Position numbers and translations under genes: made by a program. Shown one piece after another: positions 27,716 to 36,882 of a DNA stretch of 64,000 nt (positions are counted from its first letter, which is position 1; each line of letters starts with the position of its first letter). The DNA comes from Thermodesulfobacteriota bacterium (lineage in GTDB: Bacteria > Desulfobacterota > Desulfobacteria > Desulfobacterales > SURF-7), in contig JBMORA010000009.1 in assembly GCA_049320885.1 (NCBI GenBank), positions 320,001 to 384,000 on the forward strand, read 5' to 3'. The notes under the pieces are model-generated. The model was not told where the DNA came from. It saw nothing but the letters and a program-made list of their open reading frames with translations, and did not search any database.

Positions 27716-28888
27716 ATGAAAGAACGCACCAAATTGTTGTGGATCGTCGGCATTTTTCTGGCCGCCTATTACATTCCCTGGGATCACCCGCTGATCCGTC
27801 AGTCCGGGTTGGAAGCCTTCCTGATGCTCCGGGAATACGCCCGGGAGCATGTGCTTACCTGCCTGATCCCGGCCTTTTTCATCGCCGGGGCCATCGCCGT
27901 GTTCGTTTCCCAGGCGTCGGTCCTGAAATATTTCGGCGCCCAGGCCAACAAGATCCTGTCCTATTCCGTGGCGTCCATTTCCGGAACCATTCTGGCGGTC
28001 TGTTCCTGCACCGTGCTACCGCTGTTTGCCGGTATCTACACCCGCGGGGCGGGCATCGGACCGGCCACGGCGTTTCTGTATTCAGGGCCGGCCATCAATG
28101 TCCTGGCCATCACCTTGACGGCCAAAATCCTGGGCTGGAAGCTGGGTCTGGCCAGGGCCGTCGGGGCGGTGCTTTTCGCCGTGGTTACCGGTCTGCTCAT
28201 GGCCCTGATCTTCCGCAAGGACGACGTGGCGCGGACCGCCGGGCAGATCTATGTGCCGGAGGACGGGGCCAAGGAGCGTACCCTGGTGCAGGACGGCCTG
28301 TATCTTCTCACCATGGTGCTGATTCTGGTGTTCGCGGCCTTCGCCAGACCGGCGGAAGGATCCACCGGCCTGTGGCCGGCCATCTTCGCCGCCAAATGGT
28401 ATATTACCGTTGTCCTGCTCATCGTGCTCGGCATCATGCTTAAAGCCTGGTTCACCCGGGAGGAATGCAAGACCTGGGTGGAATCCACCTGGGGATTCAT
28501 GAAGCAGATTTTTCCCCTTCTGGGCGGCGGGGTCCTGGTGGCGGGTTTCCTGCTGGGACGTCCCGGCCATCCGGCCCTGATTCCCGAGGAGTGGGTGCAA
28601 ACCCTGTTGGGCGGCAACTCCCTGGGGGCCAACCTGATCGCGGCGCTGGCCGGAGCCTTGATGTACTTCGCCACCCTCACCGAGGTGCCCATTATCCAGG
28701 GATTGATCGGATCGGGCATGGGCCAGGGACCGGCCCTGGCGCTGTTGCTGGCCGGACCGGCGCTGTCGCTGCCCAACATGCTGGTAATCGGCAGTGTCAT
28801 GGGCGTCAAAAAAACAGCTACCTTCTGTGGCATCATCGTGATCATGTCCACCATCGCCGGGATGCTGTATGGCGCGTTTTTCGTTTAG
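27716..28888 (+). CDS. ArsP/DUF318-family permease
   Basis: 'LAVCSCTVLPLF', 'FLYSGPAIN', 'YFATLTEVPI', 'GPALSLP'. Confidence 0.88.
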   Translation: MKERTKLLWIVGIFLAAYYIPWDHPLIRQSGLEAFLMLREYAREHVLTCLIPAFFIAGAIAVFVSQASVLKYFGAQANKILSYSVASISGTILAVCSCTVLPLFAGIYTRGAGIGPATAFLYSGPAINVLAITLTAKILGWKLGLARAVGAVLFAVVTGLLMALIFRKDDVARTAGQIYVPEDGAKERTLVQDGLYLLTMVLILVFAAFARPAEGSTGLWPAIFAAKWYITVVLLIVLGIMLKAWFTREECKTWVESTWGFMKQIFPLLGGGVLVAGFLLGRPGHPALIPEEWVQTLLGGNSLGANLIAALAGALMYFATLTEVPIIQGLIGSGMGQGPALALLLAGPALSLPNMLVIGSVMGVKKTATFCGIIVIMSTIAGMLYGAFFV

Positions 28889-28906
28889 GGAATAAGGAAT
28901 AAGAAA

Positions 28907-29296
28907 ATGAAACATCTTGAAATTGAATGGCGCCATCTGGACAAGGAGGGGAAAACCTGCGACCGGTGCGCCGATACGGGTGAAACGGTCCGCAGCGCTT
29001 ATGCGGAACTGGTCAAGGAACTGGAACCTGAAGGTTGGAGCGTGACCCTTAAGGAGACGCTTTTGACGGATCAGGAGATTCCCGAATCGAACAGTATTTA
29101 TGTGAACGGGATCGTCATCGAAGCGTTGCTGCCCGACACGCGCCGATCGGAAAACTGCTGCGTCCCGTGCGGCGAGATTCTCGGAGCGCCCACCATGTGC
29201 CGGACGCTTGAACGAAATGGTCAGACCTTCGAGGCGGTACCCACCGCCATGATTCTGGAGGCGGCCCATCGGTTTATCCAAACACAAAACCAATAA
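28907..29296 (+). CDS. DUF2703-type Cys-rich protein
   Basis: 'TCDRCADTG', 'SNSIYVNG', 'CCVPC', 'CRT'. Confidence 0.75.
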   Translation: MKHLEIEWRHLDKEGKTCDRCADTGETVRSAYAELVKELEPEGWSVTLKETLLTDQEIPESNSIYVNGIVIEALLPDTRRSENCCVPCGEILGAPTMCRTLERNGQTFEAVPTAMILEAAHRFIQTQNQ

Positions 29297-29308
29297 AGGA
29301 GTGTCAGA

Positions 29309-29542
29309 ATGGAAATCAAAGTACTGGGTCCCGGCTGCGCCAAATGCCGGCAGACGGAAAAAGTGGTCAAGGAAGCGGTCGCCGAAGCCGGCGTCGCCGC
29401 CAATGTCGAAAAAGTCACCGACCTGATGAAAATCGCCGGTTATGGCGTGTTCGGCACCCCGGCGGTGGTCGTGGACGGCGAGGTCAAGTCGGTGGGCAAG
29501 ATTCCGAGTAAAGACGATGTCAAATCATGGTTGAAAAAATAA
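29309..29542 (+). CDS. Small redox-active disulfide protein (MTH895-type thioredoxin)
   Basis: 'IKVLGPGCAKC', 'YGV.GTPAVVVDG'. Confidence 0.9.
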   Translation: MEIKVLGPGCAKCRQTEKVVKEAVAEAGVAANVEKVTDLMKIAGYGVFGTPAVVVDGEVKSVGKIPSKDDVKSWLKK

Positions 29543-29554
29543 GGACGGCACTGC

Positions 29555-30667
29555 TTGAAAATGATTGATGAAAAAAATAGTGGAATGGTTTCCACAAGGA
29601 GACGGCCATACTTTATAAGGGTTGCGGATGTATTTCGGGGAACTTCCTCTGGATACATCATGGGGAGTGTTATTCTGATCGCAGTGTGGTGGCTGATCTA
29701 CCGGGATCTGGCCGCTTTTGCCGGTTTTTTTACCCAGGCGCTGTCCCGCCTGGCGGGCTTTTCACCAGACAGCCACCTGGGCAGCGCGATTGCTTTTTTC
29801 GTGTTTGAAACTCCGAAAGTCATCATGCTGCTGACCCTGGTGGTTTTCGGGGTCGGGATCGTCCGTTCCTTTTTCACGCCCGAGCGCACCCGCGCCATTC
29901 TTGCAGGGAAACGGGAGTCCACCGGCAATGTGCTGGCGGCGTTGCTGGGAACCGTAACGCCGTTCTGCTCCTGCTCGGCGGTGCCGCTCTTTCTCGGTTT
30001 CGTGACCACCGGCGTACCGCTGGGCGTGACCTTTTCCTTTCTGATTTCAGCTCCCATGGTGAATGAAATCGCCCTGGTACTGCTTTTTGGGCTTTTCGGC
30101 TGGAAAATTGCTGCGATCTATTTCGGGACAGGTCTGGCCATCGCCATCATCGCGGGCTGGACCATCGGCCGTTTGAAAATGGAACGCCATTTAGAGGAGT
30201 GGGTCTATCAGATTCAAGCCGGGAAAATCGATCTGGAAGACGGCCCCAAGAATTGGGCCGAACGGATCCGGTACGGTATTGAGGCCGTACGCGACATTGT
30301 CGGCAAGGTCTGGCTCTATGTCATGCTGGGAATCGCGGTTGGGGCGGGTATTCACGGCTATGTCCCCGAAGGGCTCATGGCCTCCTTCATGGGCAGAGCC
30401 GCCTGGTGGTCGGTGCCTTTATCGGTACTGATCGGAATTCCCATGTATTCCAACGCCGCCGGCATCATCCCCGTCGTCCAGGCGTTGCTTGGAAAAGGCG
30501 CGGCGTTAGGAACGGTGTTGGCTTTCATGATGTCGGTCATCGCCTTGTCCCTGCCGGAAATAATTATTCTGCGCAAGGTGCTGAAGCCGCGCTTGATCGC
30601 CACTTTTGTCGGCGTCGTCGGCACGGGTATCATGCTTGTTGGCTATATTTTTAATTTTATCATGTAA
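29555..30667 (+). CDS. Second ArsP/DUF318-family permease
   Basis: 'TPFCSCSAVPLF', 'FLISAPMVNE', 'PMYSNAAG', 'LSLPE'. Start uncertain. Confidence 0.88.
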   Translation: MKMIDEKNSGMVSTRRRPYFIRVADVFRGTSSGYIMGSVILIAVWWLIYRDLAAFAGFFTQALSRLAGFSPDSHLGSAIAFFVFETPKVIMLLTLVVFGVGIVRSFFTPERTRAILAGKRESTGNVLAALLGTVTPFCSCSAVPLFLGFVTTGVPLGVTFSFLISAPMVNEIALVLLFGLFGWKIAAIYFGTGLAIAIIAGWTIGRLKMERHLEEWVYQIQAGKIDLEDGPKNWAERIRYGIEAVRDIVGKVWLYVMLGIAVGAGIHGYVPEGLMASFMGRAAWWSVPLSVLIGIPMYSNAAGIIPVVQALLGKGAALGTVLAFMMSVIALSLPEIIILRKVLKPRLIATFVGVVGTGIMLVGYIFNFIM

Positions 30668-30733
30668 TCCGCGGAAGGCGGTATACCCGGAAGCAGCTAT
30701 TTGAAATCATGGATTAAAAATAAGGAGGATGTG

Positions 30734-31156
30734 ATGATCGATACATGTTGTTCGGGAGGAAAAGAGGTTATGATTCTGGCCTGTTCGGGCGGTTCCAATG
30801 TGGGGCAGCTCTCCAACCAGGCGGCGGTGGAGTTGACCCGTGAGGGGTTCGGCAAAATGTTCTGCCTGGCGGGCATCGGCGGACGGCTGTCCGGATTCGT
30901 GCAGTCAGCGAAGGATGTGCCCATCCTGGTAACCATCGACGGCTGTCCGGTGGGCTGCGCCAAGGCGATTCTAGAGCAAAACCAGGTGCCGTTGCAGCCG
31001 TATGTGGTGATCACCGAAGAAGGGATCGAGAAGAACAAGAATTTCGATCTTCAGCGCGTCGATATCGACCGGGTCAAGGCCGCCGTCAAGAAGGCGGTTG
31101 GGGAATCCAGGCCTTCCGAAGGAAAACCGGCCGCTTGCGGCTGCAGTTCCTGTTGA
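30734..31156 (+). CDS. DGC-domain putative zinc-binding protein
   Basis: 'ACSGGSNVGQ', 'FCLAGIG', 'IDGCPVGCA'. RBS AAGGAGG. Confidence 0.85.
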   Translation: MIDTCCSGGKEVMILACSGGSNVGQLSNQAAVELTREGFGKMFCLAGIGGRLSGFVQSAKDVPILVTIDGCPVGCAKAILEQNQVPLQPYVVITEEGIEKNKNFDLQRVDIDRVKAAVKKAVGESRPSEGKPAACGCSSC

Positions 31157-31163
31157 GCCGGAA

Positions 31164-31430
31164 ATGGACTGCTTGAACTGTAAGGGGTACACCGAGGATA
31201 TCCGCGAAGCCCCGGACACGGAGATGGTTTGTTATTGTTCCGATGTAACCAAGGGCGGTATCTTGCGTGCCATGGCGCGGGGGGCGACATCCCTTTCGGA
31301 AATAAAAGCCGCCACCACCGCCTGCACCCAGGGGCGCTGCCGGGAAACCAATCCCCGGGGCCGTTGATGTTCGCGGGAAATCCGCCTTCTCCTGGGTCAG
31401 GAGAATGAACAAATTTCCGGGTTGGTATAA
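31164..31430 (+). CDS. BFD-like (2Fe-2S)/Cys-rich protein, predicted selenoprotein (UGA at 31365-31367 read as Sec; 88 aa)
   Basis: 'VCYC..VT', 'C..GRC...NP.GR-UGA-C'. The frame stays open to TAA 31430, and a SECIS-like hairpin follows the UGA. Confidence 0.75.
31387..31405 (+). other. Putative bacterial SECIS element
   Basis: TTCTCCTG-GGT-CAGGAGAA, a perfect 8-bp stem. The G-led loop begins 27 nt after the UGA. Confidence 0.7.
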
Positions 31431-31458
31431 TGAATAACCATAAGCGAGACAGCTAAAG

Positions 31459-31896
31459 ATGATTGAAAAACCGAGAATCCTGTTTCTATGCACGGGCAAT
31501 TCCTGCCGTAGCCAGATGGCCGAGGGGTGGGCGCGGCAATTGAAAGCCGCTGAAATGCAAGTCTTCTCCGCCGGCATTGAAAAACACGGACTCAATCCTA
31601 CGGCCGTGAAAGTCATGGCCGAAGCCGGGGTGGATATCTCCGACCACGAATCCAAGCGGGTGGAGGAACTGCCGACCATGGAGTACGATTACGTGGTCAC
31701 GGTCTGCGGGCATGCCCACGAAACCTGCCCGTATTTCCCCGGCAGGGCGAAAATCGTGCATGTGGGTTTCGACGATCCGCCCCGGCTGGCGCGGAATGCG
31801 GCCACCGAGGAGGAGGCTCTCGGGCACTACCGTCGCGTGCGGGATGAAATCCGGGCGTTCGTGGAAACATTACCGGAGGCCTTGTCCCGAAAATAG
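31459..31896 (+). CDS. arsC: Thioredoxin-dependent arsenate reductase (LMW-PTP fold)
   Basis: 'LFLCTGNSCRSQMAEG', 'TVCG.A.ETCP.FP', 'FDDP'. Confidence 0.93.
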   Translation: MIEKPRILFLCTGNSCRSQMAEGWARQLKAAEMQVFSAGIEKHGLNPTAVKVMAEAGVDISDHESKRVEELPTMEYDYVVTVCGHAHETCPYFPGRAKIVHVGFDDPPRLARNAATEEEALGHYRRVRDEIRAFVETLPEALSRK

Positions 31897-31909
31897 AAGG
31901 GAACCTTGA

Positions 31910-32956
31910 ATGAAACCATGGTTGATGGGCTGCTGTCTGCTGCTTGCCGCTCCGTTTCTTGCAGCGGCTGGGGATCAGGCCGGCTCGCCGGATAATCCGG
32001 ATCTGGTGATCCTGTACACCGGCAACGGAAACGCGGAAATCGAGCCGATGGGCTGCTGCTTCAAAACCGGCGGCATGGCTCGCCGGGCGAACCGGATTGC
32101 GGACCTGCGGAAGCAACATCCGCATTTGCTGGTTGTGGATTCCGGCGATTGTCTGCGGAGGAAACCCGGGGACGCGGTATATGACATCCGGCCGAAACAT
32201 GTTCACCGCGCACTTGCCGCCATCGGGTATGATGTGCTCAATATCGCCGGAGGGGAGATGGCGGCCGGAGAGGCGTTTCGGAAACTGTTCGAAAACGATG
32301 CGGCCATGCCCCTGGTCAGCACGAATGTCGTTTCCACCAATCCGGATCGGAAAAATCTTTGGCCCGCCTTCCGCCTCAAAAAAGCAGGCCTTGTCACCAT
32401 CGGTATCATGGGGCTGACAAAGCAGACGGAAGCGGACGGCTTCCGGATTGCGGAGCCCGAGGAGGCTGTTCGGCGATGGCTGCCCGCCGTTCAAAAAGAG
32501 GCGGACATCATCGTCTTGCTGTCACATATCGGCTGGGAGAAAACCAAGGAAATCGTCCAGAACCATCCGGGCATTCATGTGGCCATTGTCGGTTATGATG
32601 ATTACCCCACATTCGATCCGGAAACGGTCAACGATACCCTGATCGTGAAAAATGCATTCGACGGTGGCATGCTGGGTATCGTCGAGATCTGGCTGAACGG
32701 CGAACGAGGGGCTCCCCGGATTCAGAGTAGATTGGATCTCCTTGATTACAGAATTCCCGTAAAACGCGAATATACGGATCTCGAATCAAATTTCAGGGCT
32801 GAGAAAAAAGCGTTTGAAGCAGAGTTGAAAAAAAGGGCGGCTGAACAAAATAAACAACGGGAACTTGCGCGATATTTGCACATGTCACCTGAGCAATTCA
32901 TGGAGTACATGAAAAAAAACAATGGGCGCCTGGATCAAAAGGTGGATAACCCCTGA
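31910..32956 (+). CDS. Exported UshA/5'-nucleotidase N-terminal-like protein with degenerate metal sites
   Basis: Signal peptide, 'EPMGCC..GGMARR', 'VDSGD', 'IIVLLSHIG'. The GNHE motif is absent. Confidence 0.7.
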   Translation: MKPWLMGCCLLLAAPFLAAAGDQAGSPDNPDLVILYTGNGNAEIEPMGCCFKTGGMARRANRIADLRKQHPHLLVVDSGDCLRRKPGDAVYDIRPKHVHRALAAIGYDVLNIAGGEMAAGEAFRKLFENDAAMPLVSTNVVSTNPDRKNLWPAFRLKKAGLVTIGIMGLTKQTEADGFRIAEPEEAVRRWLPAVQKEADIIVLLSHIGWEKTKEIVQNHPGIHVAIVGYDDYPTFDPETVNDTLIVKNAFDGGMLGIVEIWLNGERGAPRIQSRLDLLDYRIPVKREYTDLESNFRAEKKAFEAELKKRAAEQNKQRELARYLHMSPEQFMEYMKKNNGRLDQKVDNP

Positions 32957-32970
32957 CGGCTTCAAAAATT

Positions 32971-33102
32971 GATGGAATCGTAAAAAGTCGAACTTCTCGG
33001 TTTCCGTCCTGCCGGACTCGATCAGGCATCCATTAAATACAATTTGTTCTGGGCTCCCACTTTCGCGGGAGCGACGATAGAAGGACTTTTTATCATTTCA
33101 TC
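32971..33102. repeat. REP/MITE-like palindromic element
   Basis: Terminal inverted repeats GATGGAATCGTAAAAAGTC and GACTTTTTATCATTTCATC (16/19). Internal hairpin GCTCCCAC-TTTC-GCGGGAGC. Confidence 0.65.
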
Positions 33103-33261
33103 GAAAACTTGATTGAAGGAGCGGGATACATGATTCCATCGTTTACAACTACTATTGCTGCAATGAAATACACCGGATACCGGATGACGGATAAGCGCCC
33201 TCCCTGGATCCGATCTGGAGGCCGGCATGCAGGATTATGGTTGTTTCCTTGTCGGGTCACT

Positions 33262-33837
33262 ATGTTCTTCACCTGTATGGTGATATTTCTTGCGGGTCCC
33301 TCAATAGTTTTTGCGGAAAGAGTGAAACCCCTGAATCCGGACTGCAAGGCCTGTCCCACCGTGATCAGCTACGAGGGCATAGAGGCAAAAACCATATTGG
33401 GTATTGACAGCTTGCGGTTTCTGACAAAATTGAAAAACAGAGAAGCATATGAAAAGACAATAAAGATTGATCTTGATGGGAATAAACCGGTGGGATCGGA
33501 AACAGACCCCGATGAGGGTTACGAATTGCTGGTCTTCAGCTATAAACACCTGGTGGCCATCAATTCCCTTCAGGATACATCCGTGATAAAAATCGAAACC
33601 GATTTTCAGAATCTCCATCCAGCGGAAACCTCCGATAAATGGATGCCGGAAATTCAGCTGATGCCCTCGAATAGGGATGCTCTCAAGAAGAAAGATGATC
33701 TGGCGACGGCATGGAAAAAAATGAACGCAAGCAAGCTCTATCAGGTCATCAATCGTGAAGGGGCGAGCCATGACAAATGGAATGACAATTTGACCAAATT
33801 CATTCTGCAGGTCCTGGAAGCCGTTGACGGAAAATAA
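33262..33837 (+). CDS. Hypothetical exported protein with a CxxC motif (CKAC)
   Basis: Long open frame, hydrophobic N-terminus, lower GC. Start uncertain (ORF extends back to 33109). Confidence 0.55.
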   Translation: MFFTCMVIFLAGPSIVFAERVKPLNPDCKACPTVISYEGIEAKTILGIDSLRFLTKLKNREAYEKTIKIDLDGNKPVGSETDPDEGYELLVFSYKHLVAINSLQDTSVIKIETDFQNLHPAETSDKWMPEIQLMPSNRDALKKKDDLATAWKKMNASKLYQVINREGASHDKWNDNLTKFILQVLEAVDGK

Positions 33838-33855
33838 GGAACAAGGAGACGCCGC

Positions 33856-34377
33856 ATGCTGCTGGAAACCTATACGCTCGAAATTTTCAACTCCAAATGC
33901 CAGCCGGGTGCCATGGGGGTGCACTGTTTCGCCCATCTGGATCAGGATATCAGCGAAGCCCTGCCCTATGTGAATACGGTTCTGGGCGGTTTTGAATATC
34001 TGGTGGATCCACCGGCTCTCACCCTGCGCTCCCAGGGGAAACTCATTACCTTGCAGGGCCGGAAAATCGCGGTGAATGCTTTGAAGGACGAACAGGAGGC
34101 CCGGAAGATCGTCGAATGGCTGAAAAACGAGATCAACACTGCCTGGGTGGAACGGGACCGGATTGTTCCCAGCCAGCGTGGCCGGCCCAAGCCTCAGTTG
34201 ATCGAAATCCTCAAACTGCTGCCCAAAACCAATTGCAAAAAATGCGGCCTGCCCACCTGCATGGTATTCGCCGCCCAGGCAATGGAAGGCGGCCGGGGGG
34301 CGGAAAGCTGTCCGGACCTGAATGAGGAGAACCGGACAAAACTGTCCGAATACCTGGAGTCGTATGATTTTGAGTAA
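33856..34377 (+). CDS. Fe-S cluster-binding protein (C-terminal FeS domain)
   Basis: 'LPKTNCKKCGLPTCMVFA...CP'. RBS AAGGAG. Confidence 0.85.
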   Translation: MLLETYTLEIFNSKCQPGAMGVHCFAHLDQDISEALPYVNTVLGGFEYLVDPPALTLRSQGKLITLQGRKIAVNALKDEQEARKIVEWLKNEINTAWVERDRIVPSQRGRPKPQLIEILKLLPKTNCKKCGLPTCMVFAAQAMEGGRGAESCPDLNEENRTKLSEYLESYDFE

Positions 34378-34519
34378 AGGGGGTATTTTGTGCCCCGGGA
34401 GATTGCCAATGCTTCGCCGCTTCCCAGTTCGAATGCGACCCGGCCATGGAGTGGGGAAAACAGGTCGCGGCCTATGGTTTATATACCCTGGACCGAAAAA
34501 ATAAGGAAAGGAAGTCGTT

Positions 34520-34930
34520 ATGAAAAAAAGTTGCGGTTTGTCTGTTATCGGGATGCTGCTGGCCTGCCTTGCAGCAGCACCGGCCTTCGCCGGCGATTCA
34601 AAACCGGGAGAAATTCCTCAAGTGCCGACCCCCGGCATGGTCACCATGGTGGATCTGGGGGCGACCAAATGCATTCCCTGCAAGATGATGGCGCCCATCA
34701 TCGAGGAGCTGAAAAAAGAGTACGAAGGCCGGGCTTCCATCATTTTCATCGATGTCTGGGAACACAAGGAGGAGGCCCGGCGTTTCGGCATCCGGGGCAT
34801 TCCCACCCAGATCTTTTATGACAAGAACGGCAAGGAAGTCAGTCGGCATATGGGTTTCCTGGACAAAAAGAGCATTGAGGCGACTCTCGAGAACCTGGGT
34901 GTTGCAAAGGTTAAGGCCGATGAATCATGA
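34520..34930 (+). CDS. Exported thioredoxin-family protein
   Basis: Signal peptide, 'DLGA..CIPCK', 'GIPTQIF'. Confidence 0.88.
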   Translation: MKKSCGLSVIGMLLACLAAAPAFAGDSKPGEIPQVPTPGMVTMVDLGATKCIPCKMMAPIIEELKKEYEGRASIIFIDVWEHKEEARRFGIRGIPTQIFYDKNGKEVSRHMGFLDKKSIEATLENLGVAKVKADES

Positions 34931-35624
34931 TTTCCTGCTGACAATTAACGAGTGGATGAACACCGGAACCGTCATCGCCGGCATGGGTGCCTTTCTTTGG
35001 GGGGTGGTCAGCGTGCTGTTCAGCCCCTGCCATCTAGCCTCCATTCCCCTGATCGTGGCCTATGTGGGCGGCCAGGAAACCGCCGTCAATCCCCGGCGGG
35101 CCGGCTGGTACGCCGGGGCCTTCACCCTGGGGTTGTTCATCACCATCGCCGTCATCGGCATCGTCTGCGCGCTGCTGGGGCGCATGTTCGGGGATGTGGG
35201 CGTCTGGCTGCAGGTGGCGGTGGGGGCCGTGCTCATCTGGGTGGCCCTGGGCATGCTGGGGGTCCAGGCCTGCTCCATGTCCGGTTCCTTGCTGTACCGC
35301 CTCAAGCTGCGGGGCCTTTTCGGCGCTTTCGGCCTGGGTCTGGCCTACGGGATTCTGTCCGGGTCCTGCACCTTCGGCTTCATCGCACCGATTTTGGCCA
35401 TCGTTACGGTGCAACAAAAAGTCGTGGCCGGTTCGGTGATGATGATCCTTTTCGCCCTGGGTCACTGCTTGCCCATCGTCATTGCCGGCAGTTCCACGGC
35501 CCTGGTGCGAAGACTCACGGAAAGCAGCGCTTGGCAGGGGGCGGGGCTGTGGTTTCGCAAGGGCGCGGGAGTGATGATAGCCCTGCTGGGAGTGTATTAT
35601 GTTTTTACTCCGTTCATCATCTGA
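34920..35624 (+). CDS. ccdA: CcdA/DsbD-type transmembrane disulfide reductant
   Basis: 'SPCHLASIPL', 'GSCT'. About six TM segments; overlaps the thioredoxin stop. Confidence 0.85.
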   Translation: MNHDFLLTINEWMNTGTVIAGMGAFLWGVVSVLFSPCHLASIPLIVAYVGGQETAVNPRRAGWYAGAFTLGLFITIAVIGIVCALLGRMFGDVGVWLQVAVGAVLIWVALGMLGVQACSMSGSLLYRLKLRGLFGAFGLGLAYGILSGSCTFGFIAPILAIVTVQQKVVAGSVMMILFALGHCLPIVIAGSSTALVRRLTESSAWQGAGLWFRKGAGVMIALLGVYYVFTPFII

Positions 35625-35664
35625 CCTGTTACGGAAACATCCATAGAGAAGGAGTGAAGAGAGT

Positions 35665-36849
35665 ATGAGCGTCGCTACCAAGGCAACAACCAATGATCGA
35701 AAAATGACCAGCGTGTTCGAGCGTTACCTGACCTTTTGGGTGTTGCTGTGCATCATCGCCGGCATTCTCTTGGGGAAAATCGCCCCCGGCTTGGCCCGCA
35801 CCCTGGACGGCATGGCCATTTACGTAAAGGGCGCGCCGGTGGTGTCGATTCCCATCGCGATCTGTCTGTTTTTCATGATGTATCCCATCATGGTGAAAAT
35901 CGATTTCGGTTCGGTGATCAAGGCCGGCAAGAGCGGCAAGCCGGTGTTGCTGACCCTGTTCGTCAACTGGTGCGTCAAACCCTTCACCATGTACGCCATC
36001 GCCCTGTTTTTCCTGGGGACTCTGTTTCACGGATTCATCGGTCCTGATGCAGTGGACCATGTCAAGATGCCGTTCGGGCTGGATCTTCCGGTGGGCACCA
36101 CCCACGGGGCCGGCACGGTGGTGCTGGTGGAAGGGGTCAAAATGCTGGAAATTCCGTTGTGGCGCAGCTATCTGGCCGGCTGCATCCTTTTGGGCATCGC
36201 CCCCTGCACGGCCATGGTGCTGGTATGGGGCTTTCTGGCCCGGGGAAACGACGGGCTGACCCTGGTGATGGTGGCCATCAATTCGCTGACCATGCTGGTG
36301 CTCTATGGCGTATTGGGCGGGTTTCTGTTGGGTGTGGGAAAATTGCCGGTGCCCTGGCAGGCCTTGCTGCTCTCCATCCTGATCTATGTGGCCCTGCCCC
36401 TGGTGGCCGGATACCTGTCGCGCCGCTGGATCATCGCGGCCAAAGGGGAGACCTGGTTCAAGGAAAAGTTTCTCCATGTACTTACCCCGATCACGATTAT
36501 CGCCCTGCTGGCCACCCTGGTGCTGCTGTTTTCCTTCAAGGGCGAGGTGATTATATCCAATCCACTGACCATCCTGTGGATTGCCGTACCGTTGTTCCTC
36601 CAGACCATGCTGATTTTTATTCTGGGATATTGGCTTGCCCGGGTGCTCAAGCTGAAGTATGAGGATGCGGCCCCGGCGGCCATGATCGGCGCCTCCAATC
36701 ATTTCGAGGTGGCCATCGCCACCGCCACCATGCTGTTCGGCCTGTCTTCCGGAGCGGCGCTGGCCACCGTGGTGGGGGTGCTCATCGAAGTGCCGGTGAT
36801 GCTCATGCTGGTTAAAATCTGCACCAATACGCGCCATTGGTTCGAGTGA
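35665..36849 (+). CDS. acr3: ACR3-family arsenite efflux transporter
   Basis: 'FERYLT.WV', 'MMYPIM', '[10 protein letters not shown]', '[10 protein letters not shown]', 'VLIEVPVM'. Confidence 0.94.
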   Translation: MSVATKATTNDRKMTSVFERYLTFWVLLCIIAGILLGKIAPGLARTLDGMAIYVKGAPVVSIPIAICLFFMMYPIMVKIDFGSVIKAGKSGKPVLLTLFVNWCVKPFTMYAIALFFLGTLFHGFIGPDAVDHVKMPFGLDLPVGTTHGAGTVVLVEGVKMLEIPLWRSYLAGCILLGIAPCTAMVLVWGFLARGNDGLTLVMVAINSLTMLVLYGVLGGFLLGVGKLPVPWQALLLSILIYVALPLVAGYLSRRWIIAAKGETWFKEKFLHVLTPITIIALLATLVLLFSFKGEVIISNPLTILWIAVPLFLQTMLIFILGYWLARVLKLKYEDAAPAAMIGASNHFEVAIATATMLFGLSSGAALATVVGVLIEVPVMLMLVKICTNTRHWFE

Positions 36850-36882
36850 TGTTCCACAGCCTGGCCATCAGGGGAAAAGCGC

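Noticed and set aside
31140..31183. Sec readthrough at the TGA ending the DGC protein (CGCSSC-TGA)
   Set aside because: No SECIS-like hairpin follows, the extension is short and featureless, and the next gene starts 7 nt later.
32041..32070. Selenocysteine in the UshA-like protein
   Set aside because: The motif is encoded by TGC TGC (Cys-Cys).
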